Part shown: positions 16,247 to 25,658 of the stretch, piece after piece | Numbering within the stretch: position 1 is the first letter of the stretch | Layout of the letters: every line of letters starts with the position of its first letter | Assembly: GCA_034189325.1 (NCBI GenBank) | Contig: JAXHUM010000010.1 | Coordinates: 27,484 to 55,156 of the forward strand | DNA length: 27,673 bases | Origin: Thermodesulfobacteriota bacterium | Lineage (GTDB): Bacteria; Desulfobacterota; DSM-4660; Desulfatiglandales; Desulfatiglandaceae | Direction of reading: 5' to 3' | The notes under the pieces: model-generated | The model's input: only the letters and a program-made list of their open reading frames with translations | What the model was told of the DNA's origin: nothing | Databases searched by the model: none | Translations under genes and position numbers: made by a program

Positions 16247-18238
16247 TTGATAAGAATCATTGAAGATATTATGACCGAGTCTTTATTCAATTCCCCTTTT
16301 GATGATAGACCTGATAAGTGGACCGATTCTTTCGAAGGGAAGCGGACCGACATACCTATCAATATAGCCTTTATCGGTGGAGGAAAGGCCTGCTACAACC
16401 TTCTTCTGATTCTGGAGAAGAATCGTTCCTCGCGGGTCAACGTAAACGTCCTGGGCGTTGCTGATACCAATCCGGAAGCGCCGGGGTTGATTTATGCAAA
16501 GAAGCTCGGGCTCTTTGCAACGACCGATTTTAGAGACCTCTACAAGTTGGAAGGGTTGAATCTTCTCCTTGAATTAACAGGATCCGAAAAAGCCAGAAAA
16601 GAGATCATCAAAACGAAACCAGCGCATATTTCAATGATGGACCATATTGGAGGAAGATTCCTGTGGGATCTTGTCCAAATGGAGATGGAAAAGACAACCC
16701 TGGAAAGAGAACACCAGATTGAACAGCAGAAGGAGAAAAAACACACACAGGTGATCCTTGATTCTCTGCCCTACAGGGTCATGGTTATCAATATGGACAT
16801 GACGGTCGATAATGTTAACCAGACCTTTCTGAGTGAATTTGATCTCACGGATAAAGATGTCATCGGCGAAAAATGCCACAAGGTGAGATACAATCTTAAT
16901 CGACCTTGCGCGGAGTGTGGTAAGACATGTTATCTCAATGAGGTTGGGAAAGAAAAAAAGTCCATCAGCACGATCCAAGAGTGGAGGAATGATAACAGTG
17001 GGGAGAGGTTTGAAGTTGTGACCGTGTCCCCGATATTGGATGAAGATAATGAAATGGTCCAGTTCATAGAGGCATCGAGGGATGTTACCGAAAGGATCAG
17101 CCTGGAACGTGAAGCCCAGAAGACAAAGGTTTTTCTTGAAGATGTCATTCAGAGTACAGTGGACGGGATCGTTGTTGTCGATAATAAGGGATATGTTCTC
17201 ATATTCAACGAGGGGATGGAACGTCTGACAGGCTACGATGCCCGAGAGGTCAACCATCTGACAAGTTTCTATGACATCGATGTGGCCCGAGAGAACATGA
17301 GAAAGATGAGAAGTCAAGAGTATGGACCTCTGGGAAAACTCAACCCGACCAGCATGTCGGTGACAACCAAGGATGGCCGGGAGATTCCTGTTACACTTTC
17401 CGCATCCCTTGTTACCGTCAATAATGAGGTGATCGGAAGCGTGGGCGTGTTTACGGACATGCGGGAGATAGTCCAGATGCGCAAAGAGCTTGAAGACGCT
17501 CATCTTCAGCTGGTACAAACGGAAAAAATCGCATCAGTGGGAAGAATGGCCGCGGGTGTTGCCCATGAAATCAACAATCCTCTCTCGGGCGTGTTGATCT
17601 ATGCGGAGCTTTTAAAAGAATCCTTGGACGATCGGTCCCCCCTTCAAAAGGATATTCAGGAGATTGTAGATCAGACTCTTCGATGCAAGAAAATCGTGTC
17701 GGAACTCCTGGAATTCAGCAGACAGTCCATTGGGAAGACATCTTCTTTCAGTGTAGAGACATTGATCAATGATTGCCTGAATCTCTTGATAAACCAGGCT
17801 ATTTTTCAGGATATCGAGGTCAACACGCGACTGGAAGAGGAGATGCCTCAGATGCTGGGTGATAGGGGTCAACTTCAACAGGTCTTCACCAATCTCTTTA
17901 TCAACGCTGCCCATGCAATGGAGGGAAAGGGAGCTCTGGGTATCGACGCAAGATATGACAAGGCGAGGGAGTGTTTTGTCATTAAGGTGTCGGATTCAGG
18001 TCCCGGCATTTCTGAGGACCTTCGCGATAAGATCTTTGACATTTTCTTCACAACCAAACCGGTTGGAGAGGGCACCGGGCTGGGCCTGAGCATTTCCCAG
18101 AACATCATCAGTCTTCATGGAGGCAATCTCAGATTTGAATGTCCGAAGGAGGGAGGGACTGCTTTTATTGTTGAATTGCCTATTGGACTGTCAGAGACCG
18201 TTGTTGATGAACGTCTTTTTATTGGATTGGATGAATAA
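16247..18238 (+). CDS. Soluble sensor histidine kinase. N-terminal Rossmann-like domain, then a PAS region with a four-Cys motif, then HisKA and HATPase domains.
   Basis: 663 aa, no TM segments. N-terminal IAFIGGGKACYNLLLIL…VLGVADTNPEAPG (GxGxxA dinucleotide-fold-like). CHKVRYNLNRPCAECGKTC (C-X11-C-X2-C-X3-C). HisKA AAGVAHEINNPLSGV. HATPase N-box/G-boxes …NLFINAAHAM…DSGPGIS…GTGLGLSISQNIISLHGG. An alternative start at 16271 (MTESLF) is possible. Confidence 0.85.
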   Translation: MIRIIEDIMTESLFNSPFDDRPDKWTDSFEGKRTDIPINIAFIGGGKACYNLLLILEKNRSSRVNVNVLGVADTNPEAPGLIYAKKLGLFATTDFRDLYKLEGLNLLLELTGSEKARKEIIKTKPAHISMMDHIGGRFLWDLVQMEMEKTTLEREHQIEQQKEKKHTQVILDSLPYRVMVINMDMTVDNVNQTFLSEFDLTDKDVIGEKCHKVRYNLNRPCAECGKTCYLNEVGKEKKSISTIQEWRNDNSGERFEVVTVSPILDEDNEMVQFIEASRDVTERISLEREAQKTKVFLEDVIQSTVDGIVVVDNKGYVLIFNEGMERLTGYDAREVNHLTSFYDIDVARENMRKMRSQEYGPLGKLNPTSMSVTTKDGREIPVTLSASLVTVNNEVIGSVGVFTDMREIVQMRKELEDAHLQLVQTEKIASVGRMAAGVAHEINNPLSGVLIYAELLKESLDDRSPLQKDIQEIVDQTLRCKKIVSELLEFSRQSIGKTSSFSVETLINDCLNLLINQAIFQDIEVNTRLEEEMPQMLGDRGQLQQVFTNLFINAAHAMEGKGALGIDARYDKARECFVIKVSDSGPGISEDLRDKIFDIFFTTKPVGEGTGLGLSISQNIISLHGGNLRFECPKEGGTAFIVELPIGLSETVVDERLFIGLDE

Positions 18239-19710
18239 TGGATCAAAAGACTCGGATTTTGGTTGTAGATGATGAGAAGGTCGTGAGGGATGGCTGTATC
18301 AGGGTTTTGGCAGGCAAGGGGTATGAAGTCGTTGCTGCTGAAAATGGCCGACAGGCCCTGGATATTATGGCGCAAGAGCTTGTCGATCTTATTCTTCTTG
18401 ACTTGAAGATGCCCGTGATGAGCGGCGAGGAAGTCCTTGATATCACCAACACCACGTATCCTGAAATACCGGTCATCATTATCACGGGCCATGGGACTGT
18501 AGACACGGCAGTGGAATGTATGAAAAAGGGTGCCTACGATTTTATCACCAAGCCGTTTCAAATTGATCAGTTTCGGTTAACCGTATCCAGGGCCATTGAA
18601 AAGAGGAGGCTCGAGCAAAGAGCCAGGCAGTTTCAAGAGGAGAACATTCGAAATCTCTACGATCTGGACCTCGAAAAGAGCCGGTTGAAGACAATTGTCA
18701 ATTGTATGGCCAACGGGGTTATGGTAAGCAATCGGAATCTTGAGGTTGTCCTTCATAATCCGGCGTTGATGAGGCTGTTGGAGGTGTCGGAAGAGGTGTC
18801 GGGTCCGGTTCCCGTGGATCGAATAATAAAGGACGAATCCCTCGAAAATGTCCTTAGGCAGATTCAGGCGGGAGAATCTCCTGAAGAGGGATATATTTCG
18901 CAGGAGATCCAGGCCGGGCCGAAGGTCCTGCGATCCATGTCCGCGCCTGTCCTTGGACCTGACGGCGGGATTGTCGGCACGGTCACCGTCCTTGAAGACA
19001 TTTCGGCCTTTAAGCAACTTGACCAGATGAAGTCCGACTTCGTTAATATGGTGGTGCATGAACTTCGCAGTCCACTGGTCTCAATTAGACAGTTGAATAC
19101 GGTCCTTGTCGAGGGGCTGGCCGGAAAGCTTGAAATGAAGCAGGAAGAACTCATAGAACGAGGGAACAAGAAGATTGATGTTCTCCTGGACCTTGTCAAT
19201 GATCTCCTCGATGTGGCCAAGATTGAGGCCGGTAAGTACATACAACACCAGGTGCCCACCGATATTGGTCGTATTGTCGAAGATACTATGGCACTTATGG
19301 AAATGAGGGCCAAAGAGCAGGGCATTGATTTGAGCTATTCGTGCGAGAATCTGAAGCCGATTCATGCAGATCCAAAAAACATGGAAGAAATTCTTAATAA
19401 CCTCATCAGTAATGCCATCAATTACTCTCCCGAGGGGGGCCGGATAATGGTTAGTGCCTGTGGCTTGGGAGAGTATATGGAAATCAAAGTATCGGATACG
19501 GGAGTGGGGATTCCTGAAGAGGAACTGCCAAAGGTCTTTGATAAGTTCTATCGGGTCAAACATCCCAAAACCAGGCAGGTCCTGGGGACGGGCTTGGGGC
19601 TTGCCATTGTCAAGAGTGTTGTCGAGTCGCACCATGGTTCCATTGACGTGGAAAGCATCCTGGACAAAGGCACGACCTTTAGGATTTTGCTTCCAGTCAT
19701 ATCGCATTAG
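18238..19710 (+). CDS. Hybrid response-regulator/histidine kinase (REC-PAS-HisKA-HATPase)
   Basis: 490 aa. REC domain ILVVDDEKVVRDG…DLILLDLKMP…IIITGHG…KKGAYDFITKPF. HisKA MVVHELRSPL. HATPase GTGLGLAIVKSVVESHHGS. Start ATG overlaps the upstream stop (TAATG). Confidence 0.85.
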   Translation: MDQKTRILVVDDEKVVRDGCIRVLAGKGYEVVAAENGRQALDIMAQELVDLILLDLKMPVMSGEEVLDITNTTYPEIPVIIITGHGTVDTAVECMKKGAYDFITKPFQIDQFRLTVSRAIEKRRLEQRARQFQEENIRNLYDLDLEKSRLKTIVNCMANGVMVSNRNLEVVLHNPALMRLLEVSEEVSGPVPVDRIIKDESLENVLRQIQAGESPEEGYISQEIQAGPKVLRSMSAPVLGPDGGIVGTVTVLEDISAFKQLDQMKSDFVNMVVHELRSPLVSIRQLNTVLVEGLAGKLEMKQEELIERGNKKIDVLLDLVNDLLDVAKIEAGKYIQHQVPTDIGRIVEDTMALMEMRAKEQGIDLSYSCENLKPIHADPKNMEEILNNLISNAINYSPEGGRIMVSACGLGEYMEIKVSDTGVGIPEEELPKVFDKFYRVKHPKTRQVLGTGLGLAIVKSVVESHHGSIDVESILDKGTTFRILLPVISH

Positions 19711-19772
19711 GCCCACAATGAGCTCTCGGACCGCCTTGAAAGGGCGACAAAGGGACTTCTCTCCGGATTGCG

Positions 19773-21128
19773 ATGGATAAGACACATCTCAAACAGGTTC
19801 TCATCGTCGACGATGAGTCGGTTGTTAGAAACGGTATCAGCAGGGCCCTCAAGAACAGGGGGATGGAGACAAAACCGGCGGCAAACGGCAAAGAGGCCTT
19901 ATCCCTTTTGGATCATTTTGTTTTTGATCTTGCCCTTGTCGATATTCGGATGCCCGTCATGGACGGCATTGAGCTCTTAAGAGAGATGCGTTCCAAATAC
20001 CCCCAGGTGCCTGTTATCATGATCACCGGGTACCCGACCATTGATTCTGCTGTTGACTGCATCAAAATCGGCGCTGTAGACTATCTTGTCAAACCCTTCC
20101 GGCTCGATGATCTGGAAACCGCCTTGAGTAAGGTCGGCCCATCCAAAGGTCCGGTCCAGCATACCGCCATAAGCCAGGTGGGCCTGGAAATTGACTCCAA
20201 GAATAACCTCATTATTGGCCAGAGCCGGGCAATGAGGAGGATATTTGAGAAAACCCTCAAAGTTGCGCCGACGGATACCACGGTTCTGATAACCGGAGAA
20301 TCAGGGACAGGAAAAGAATTGGTGGCTCAGGCAATCCATGCCAACAGTAATCGCAAAGACCGAGAATTTGTGGCTGTTGATTGTTCTTCTCTCATGGAAT
20401 CGCTCCTTGAGAGTGAACTCTTCGGACATGTCAAAGGGTCTTTTACAGGGGCCCACCAGACAAAACACGGATTTTTTGAGCTGGCAAATTATGGGACCTT
20501 TTTTTTCGATGAAATCGGTAACTTAAGCCATAAAATTCAAGCTAAACTTCTCCGTGTGATCCAAGAGAGAGAGTTTGTAAAGGTGGGCGATCATGAGAGA
20601 ATAAAACTGGATATCAGGATCATATCCGCGTCAAATAAGAATCTTGAAGACTCTCTCAGTTCAGGTGAATTCAGAGAAGACCTCTATTACAGACTCAGTG
20701 TGGTCCCGATTCACCTGCCGCCTCTGAGGAAGAGAAAGGAGGATATCCCTCTGCTCGTTCCTCATTTTCTGAGTAAGTTCACTAAAAAACTGAAGAAATC
20801 GGTCCCGGAAGTATCGACTGAGGCAATGGAAATGCTGAAGGAATATGCCTGGCCGGGGAATGTAAGGGAGCTTGAACATACCATTGAGCGAATCCTCATC
20901 CTCGAAGATACAGACGTCATACAGGCTCGGGATCTCCCCTCATTTATCTCACAGAGGCAGGGTGAATTCCAGATGTTCTCTGAAGAACCGTTTACTCTTG
21001 AAGAGCTGGAAAAGAGATATATACGTTTTGTACTTCGCCGGACAAAAGGGAAAAAGTCTGTTACAGCCGATATCCTCGGTATCAATCGCAAGACGCTGGG
21101 CCTGAAAATTAAAAAGTATGGCCTTTGA
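19773..21128 (+). CDS. Sigma-54-dependent transcriptional response regulator (NtrC family: REC-AAA+-Fis HTH)
   Basis: 451 aa. REC domain (VLIVDDESVVRNG…ALVDIRMP). AAA+ Walker A GESGTGKELVAQAIH, ESELFGH, sigma-54 contact motif GSFTGA, R-finger region. C-terminal HTH …TKGKKSVTADILGINRKTLGLKIKKYGL. Confidence 0.9.
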   Translation: MDKTHLKQVLIVDDESVVRNGISRALKNRGMETKPAANGKEALSLLDHFVFDLALVDIRMPVMDGIELLREMRSKYPQVPVIMITGYPTIDSAVDCIKIGAVDYLVKPFRLDDLETALSKVGPSKGPVQHTAISQVGLEIDSKNNLIIGQSRAMRRIFEKTLKVAPTDTTVLITGESGTGKELVAQAIHANSNRKDREFVAVDCSSLMESLLESELFGHVKGSFTGAHQTKHGFFELANYGTFFFDEIGNLSHKIQAKLLRVIQEREFVKVGDHERIKLDIRIISASNKNLEDSLSSGEFREDLYYRLSVVPIHLPPLRKRKEDIPLLVPHFLSKFTKKLKKSVPEVSTEAMEMLKEYAWPGNVRELEHTIERILILEDTDVIQARDLPSFISQRQGEFQMFSEEPFTLEELEKRYIRFVLRRTKGKKSVTADILGINRKTLGLKIKKYGL

Positions 21129-21413
21129 AGGATGACCCTGTCATAAGATCCCGAGTCTCAATGACGGTTGTAGATCCGATTGAAAGAAGAATAGCCCAAC
21201 AATGATAGCTCCGCAAAAAGTAGGAATTTCGATGTTTTCGTAAAATCTTCGAGGTCAAGCCCCCCCAAATCCTGAGGAATGAGGCGTCGTTATTGTATGC
21301 CTCAAGGACGAAGGATGCAGTGGAGAGCAGATATTCGGCTTTTTACGAGACCGGCAATAATATGTTTATGGGGTCTGTTCAATTGAGGTGGCCCCACCAA
21401 TACCTAACAGGAG

Positions 21414-22523
21414 GTGATGATGGGTGAGAGGTTGTTTGTGATTGGGAATGAAGCGATCGGTTGGGGTGCCCTTGAAGCGGGGTGCGACGCCTACGTCGGG
21501 TATCCCATAACTCCGCAGAACGAGACGACGGAATGGTTTGCGGAAGAATTTCCGGAGAGAGGGAAAGTCTTTATTCAATCCCAGTCAGAGGTCGGTTCAA
21601 TTAATATAGTTTTTGGTGCCGCATCCACGGGGTATCGCGTGATGACGTCTACCTCTGGGCCTGGATGGGGCCTGATGCAGGAGGGCATGTCTCATCTGGC
21701 AAACGCCGAATTACCCTGCGTTGTATCTCTCGTTCAACGGGGAGGGCCTGGCGCAGGGACCACGAGACATGGTCAAATGGATTATCTGTCGGCTACCTGG
21801 GGAGGAGGAAACGGTGGTTACAGGAACATCGTGTTGACTCCCGCCTCGGTTCAGGAAACTTATGATTTCACGCAGCTTGCCTTCTATCTTTCGGATAAAT
21901 ATCGCAATCCTGTGATCCTCTTGTCTGACGGGCTTTTGGGGCAAATGGCGGAACCTCTGGAGTTGAAAAAACTCCAGTTCGGAGCCCTTCCTGAAAAGGA
22001 TTGGGCTGTCAAGGGAAGTGATAATCAGCTGGACGGCATAAGACGGGTTGTCACTTGCATGCAGGGGCTTATGCTTGCGCCTCCTTATCCGCCCTATACA
22101 GGCTTTTCCGGCCTTTTAGAGGCCTTGAATGAGAAATACGAGAAGATGAAAGAGACTGAGGTAAGATATGAGACATACCTGCTTGAAGATGCGGAACTCG
22201 TGATTGTGGCCTATGGATATACAGCGAGGGTGTCTAAGGAGGCCCTGAAAAGGGCCAGACAAGAGGGCCTGAAAGTCGGTATGATAAGGCCCCAGACCGT
22301 TTGGCCCTTCCCATACGATATAGTCAGAGAGACGGCCCTCAGGGGATCTCGTTTTCTCGTGGTTGAGGACAGTCTTGGTCAATTGGTAGAAGATGTCAGG
22401 TTCGGTGCCCAGGGACGAACGGAGATTCATCTCTTGGGCGCCCTGGCGCGCCACGTGCCCACAGATGGAGGAATGATTCTGCCTGATGCGGTCTTGGATG
22501 AAATATTCAGATTGATGAAATAA
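21414..22523 (+). CDS. 2-oxoacid:ferredoxin oxidoreductase alpha subunit (KorA/OorA-like)
   Basis: 369 aa. N-terminal …GNEAIGWGALEAGCDAYVGYPITPQNE… and …MTSTSGPGWGLMQEGMSHLANAELPCVV…, typical of the KorA/POR alpha core. RBS AGGAGGTG. A tandem MMM start is present. Confidence 0.85.
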   Translation: MMMGERLFVIGNEAIGWGALEAGCDAYVGYPITPQNETTEWFAEEFPERGKVFIQSQSEVGSINIVFGAASTGYRVMTSTSGPGWGLMQEGMSHLANAELPCVVSLVQRGGPGAGTTRHGQMDYLSATWGGGNGGYRNIVLTPASVQETYDFTQLAFYLSDKYRNPVILLSDGLLGQMAEPLELKKLQFGALPEKDWAVKGSDNQLDGIRRVVTCMQGLMLAPPYPPYTGFSGLLEALNEKYEKMKETEVRYETYLLEDAELVIVAYGYTARVSKEALKRARQEGLKVGMIRPQTVWPFPYDIVRETALRGSRFLVVEDSLGQLVEDVRFGAQGRTEIHLLGALARHVPTDGGMILPDAVLDEIFRLMK

Positions 22524-22562
22524 GCCGTTTCTTGACGGATATGTCGACAGGAGGTTTTCTAA

Positions 22563-23318
22563 ATGAAAAAACAGCTGGTTACAGGGCTCCCAAAGCTATG
22601 GGCCCATCATCCGGGAGAAAGACTGGAGTGCCCGGGATGTCAATATCCTGTGATAGCGAGAGTAGTCTACGACACTATCGATGAACTTGGAGTCGGGGGA
22701 AGAACCATTCTTATTAACAGTTCAGCCTGCGGACATGGTATTATGCTCACCACTTCCATGGATGCCATGTTCCCCAACCATGGGCAGGGGATAGATGTTG
22801 CCACCGGCGTGAAGCGTCTTCGGCCGGAGTGTTTTGTTGTTTCATACGGTGGAGACGGAGACATTGCAGCCATCGGGGCGGGGGCCTTTGTCAACGCGGC
22901 GCAACGGGCTGAAAAGTATACGGTCATCATGGTGAACAACGGTCACTTTGCCATGACCGGAGGACAACTCGCACCGACCACTCTCATGGAACAGGTGACG
23001 ACAACCAGTCCAAAGGGACGGAGATCGGAAATGGGTTATCCCGCCCGTATGCCGGAGATGATCGCCACGGTGGAGGGGACCGTCTATTCGGCCCGAGGGG
23101 CTGTAAACAGTCCTGCAAACTATCAAAAAGCAAAGACATATATCAAGAGGGCCTTCCAGAAACAGATCGATAACGTCGGATTCAGTTTCGTTGAGTTGCT
23201 CTCAGCATGCCCGACTGGGTGGCATATGAGCCCACGGGCCAGCATTAAATGGATAGAGGAAAAGATGATACCAAAGCTTCCCCTCGGTGAATTCAAGAAC
23301 ATTGACAGGATCGAATGA
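22563..23318 (+). CDS. 2-oxoacid:ferredoxin oxidoreductase beta subunit (TPP-binding, KorB/OorB-like)
   Basis: 251 aa. CPGC near the N-terminus. TPP-binding GDGD…NN motif: YGGDGDIAAIGAGAFVNAAQRAEKYTVIMVNNGHFAMTGGQ. Confidence 0.85.
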   Translation: MKKQLVTGLPKLWAHHPGERLECPGCQYPVIARVVYDTIDELGVGGRTILINSSACGHGIMLTTSMDAMFPNHGQGIDVATGVKRLRPECFVVSYGGDGDIAAIGAGAFVNAAQRAEKYTVIMVNNGHFAMTGGQLAPTTLMEQVTTTSPKGRRSEMGYPARMPEMIATVEGTVYSARGAVNSPANYQKAKTYIKRAFQKQIDNVGFSFVELLSACPTGWHMSPRASIKWIEEKMIPKLPLGEFKNIDRIE

Positions 23319-23327
23319 TTAAATGAG

Positions 23328-23357
23328 TCACGTGGGACCCTTTAGGTCCCACGTCCT
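23328..23357 (+). terminator. Probable terminator hairpin after the kor genes
   Basis: Perfect 11-bp inverted repeat CACGTGGGACC-CTTTA-GGTCCCACGT, 10 nt after the KorB stop. The downstream tract CCTCGGTATTTG is only weakly U-rich. Confidence 0.45.
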
Positions 23358-23712
23358 CGGTATTTGAGAACGTGCCCCTCGTCCTTCCAACCTCTCTATT
23401 TTAACAGAAAAATTGACTCAAGATCCTTTCTGAATGGGACGATAATAAGTTAATGGATCCTTTCGTTTCCGGCTCTCACCAACATCTTTCACAAAGGCTT
23501 TGGCGGGTGCCTGGAAAGACCTCCAAAGAGTGCCTTCTAAGAGGCGGGCCTTTTGAATTACTAAAAAGGCGGAGAACATGAGAATAAAGTCTTCCGTGAA
23601 TATGGAAAATCGCCTGTTTTCCAGCATTTGAAAACCGGATCTCCAATACGAAATCGGATCATCGACGTGCCGGTCCTTAATGTGAGGACTGGAAGCTTGA
23701 CGGAGATGTTGA

Positions 23713-24876
23713 ATGCATGATGTGACCACATTTAGAGATCTTGCGGCAAGGGCGCAAGATCTTGCAATCATGGCTAAGGGAGATATCCCAGGTAGATTCA
23801 AGACGATCTCAGCCAATCTTGTGGAGTTTGCTGAAGGCCTTGAAAAGGGAAGCCAGTCGAGGCGAATAATCGGCGAGAGAATGGGTGAGATGTATCAGGA
23901 CACCTACCTTACCGAGAGCTGGGTGACACAGGTGTTGACTCTGGGCCAGCTGGACATCGTCGGTGTGGATTCGTTTTTTGATGCGTATAGGCAACTCATG
24001 GAAAGCATAGGCCGAGATGAAAGGCCTTCCACTGTTGAATCCACTGCGATTCTTGACACGGCACCACCGGTCAAAGCAACTACCACTGTGGTGATGGAAA
24101 GGGAGGATACGAACAAAAAGGAGAGAAAAACTTCGAGTCCCTTCAAAAAATATCAGACAGACGAAGGCAAAAAAAAGAAACTCTTGATAGCGCTCATAAT
24201 ACTCATCGTCCTAGTCATTTCAGCCGTGACTCTTTTAAGACATTTCCATAAAGGCACCTCTCAAATTCCTATGAAAAAGGCCGTTATGAAGTACAGTATT
24301 GACAGTGTTCCATCTGCGGAAGAGTCTCTTCAAGATTTCAAAACGGTTCTTCAAGGGCCGGACAAGGAGAAGGTCCTGTCTGAGCCGGACAGGCTCATTG
24401 GGGAAATACAAGCCAACCTTCAGACAAACAGTCTTGAGCAGGCCACATCCCTCATAAGGGAGATGACCTCAAAATATCCAAGGCATCCCAGAATATTCGG
24501 GATGGTCCGAGAAGTTATTTCTGGACATATGAATCTCACGGTCAAGAATATTGAGCAAAAGGATTGGGACACAGGACAGGCCCACCTGGACAAGGCGAGA
24601 CATTTCTCTTTGCATTATGGGTTTAATACGAGGAAGGTGGAAAAACTTCGTGAACGGCTGGACAGGTTGAGATACCTCGACAGGCCTCAGGACCTCGTAG
24701 GCAAGAGAATCAGTGTGGATCTCAAAGATGGAAGCATCCGAAACGGTATCGTGGTCTCTGCTTCCGCCAACAATCTGACCATGAAAGTCCGAAGAATGAT
24801 TGGAGGAGGGGTCGCCTCTTTTGTGGCAAAGGTCCAAAACTCCGACATCGAGAGCATTGATGTGTTCAGTGAATAA
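23713..24876 (+). CDS. Hypothetical bitopic membrane protein. Cytoplasmic N-domain, a Lys-rich linker, one TM, and a periplasmic C-domain.
   Basis: 387 aa. TM KKLLIALIILIVLVISAVTLL is preceded by a charged KKERKTSSPFKKYQTDEGKKKK stretch. No recognisable catalytic motif. The C-terminal ~60 aa (…GKRISVDLKDGSIRNGIVVSA…) is small-beta-barrel-like. Confidence 0.5.
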   Translation: MHDVTTFRDLAARAQDLAIMAKGDIPGRFKTISANLVEFAEGLEKGSQSRRIIGERMGEMYQDTYLTESWVTQVLTLGQLDIVGVDSFFDAYRQLMESIGRDERPSTVESTAILDTAPPVKATTTVVMEREDTNKKERKTSSPFKKYQTDEGKKKKLLIALIILIVLVISAVTLLRHFHKGTSQIPMKKAVMKYSIDSVPSAEESLQDFKTVLQGPDKEKVLSEPDRLIGEIQANLQTNSLEQATSLIREMTSKYPRHPRIFGMVREVISGHMNLTVKNIEQKDWDTGQAHLDKARHFSLHYGFNTRKVEKLRERLDRLRYLDRPQDLVGKRISVDLKDGSIRNGIVVSASANNLTMKVRRMIGGGVASFVAKVQNSDIESIDVFSE

Positions 24877-24953
24877 AGCATGTGAAAAGGGCGCATGAGA
24901 ACACCCTTTGAATGGATTAGGAAGCTTAGTTCGAGTCGATAAAGAGGGATACA

Positions 24954-25586
24954 ATGACGACAAAAGTCATGTGCCCTGAGTGTGGCGCATCTTACGGGAA
25001 TATCCAGGAACCTAGTCTTGAAAGAGGGGTCGTATGCAGCCGATGTAGAAGAGGCCCTAAGATCAGATCTGTTGGAAAAGAGAGAGAGGGGTCTTCTTCC
25101 TTCAGACAGGCCCCAAAAATTGTTTACCCAGAGTTAAGGGCCCCCAAGATCTTCTGTTCGCCGAAGCCCTGCCCGAGACTCACCGGCTGGCCGGGAGGGA
25201 TCAACATAAACAGAAAGGATCGAAACTTATTAAAATATCAAGAGATCCTATTAATTTCCATTCTCCTATCGTCAGAGCATCCAAAGAATCGATTGCGGAT
25301 GCTTTTCTTTATCAGAGATTGCAAAAGGCCCTTTGTTGTGGAGAGTCATACAATCCAGTACCCTGACTTTCCTCATGTGAGGGCCCTGACTTCCATTGCC
25401 TCTTTGAGGAATCTTCTGCTGTTTCTTGTCAATCGTAATCCTGAAATCATCCTAGATAATAATACCTACAACTGGGGTCTGGGCTTTCAGCCAAAGCGAT
25501 TGGAAGGAGATGTGGATTCTCTTTCCACGGCCCTTGTGGGAATACTCGAATCAGAAAGTCATTTTGCAGAGTCTATCAGCGGGTAG
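24954..25586 (+). CDS. Hypothetical protein with an N-terminal zinc-ribbon (CPxCG…CxxC)
   Basis: 210 aa. MTTKVMCPECGASYGN…VVCSRCRRGPK. The remainder has no recognised motif. Confidence 0.45.
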   Translation: MTTKVMCPECGASYGNIQEPSLERGVVCSRCRRGPKIRSVGKEREGSSSFRQAPKIVYPELRAPKIFCSPKPCPRLTGWPGGININRKDRNLLKYQEILLISILLSSEHPKNRLRMLFFIRDCKRPFVVESHTIQYPDFPHVRALTSIASLRNLLLFLVNRNPEIILDNNTYNWGLGFQPKRLEGDVDSLSTALVGILESESHFAESISG

Positions 25587-25658
25587 GGGGATTCGCCCTT
25601 TCAGGCAACCGTGAACATCTTCGATTCATCAATTTAGAGGCCCAAGGAGGTATAAATC

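Noticed and set aside
16631-17518. 295-aa minus-strand ORF; also 19081-19785 (234 aa) and 18115-18561 (148 aa) on the minus strand
   Set aside because: They lie antisense to well-supported histidine-kinase genes with clear HisKA/HATPase motifs. No RBS or domain features. Typical antisense shadow ORFs.
21129-21413. Expected sigma-54 (-24/-12) promoter between the NtrC-type regulator and the kor genes
   Set aside because: Manual scan found only near-misses with wrong spacing (for example TGGGGTCTGTTCAATTGA). No TGGCAC-N5-TTGC-type element could be supported, so no promoter feature is claimed.
23418-23816. 132-aa minus-strand ORF
   Set aside because: It overlaps the start of the + strand 387-aa gene and the intergenic region. 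No RBS or motifs.
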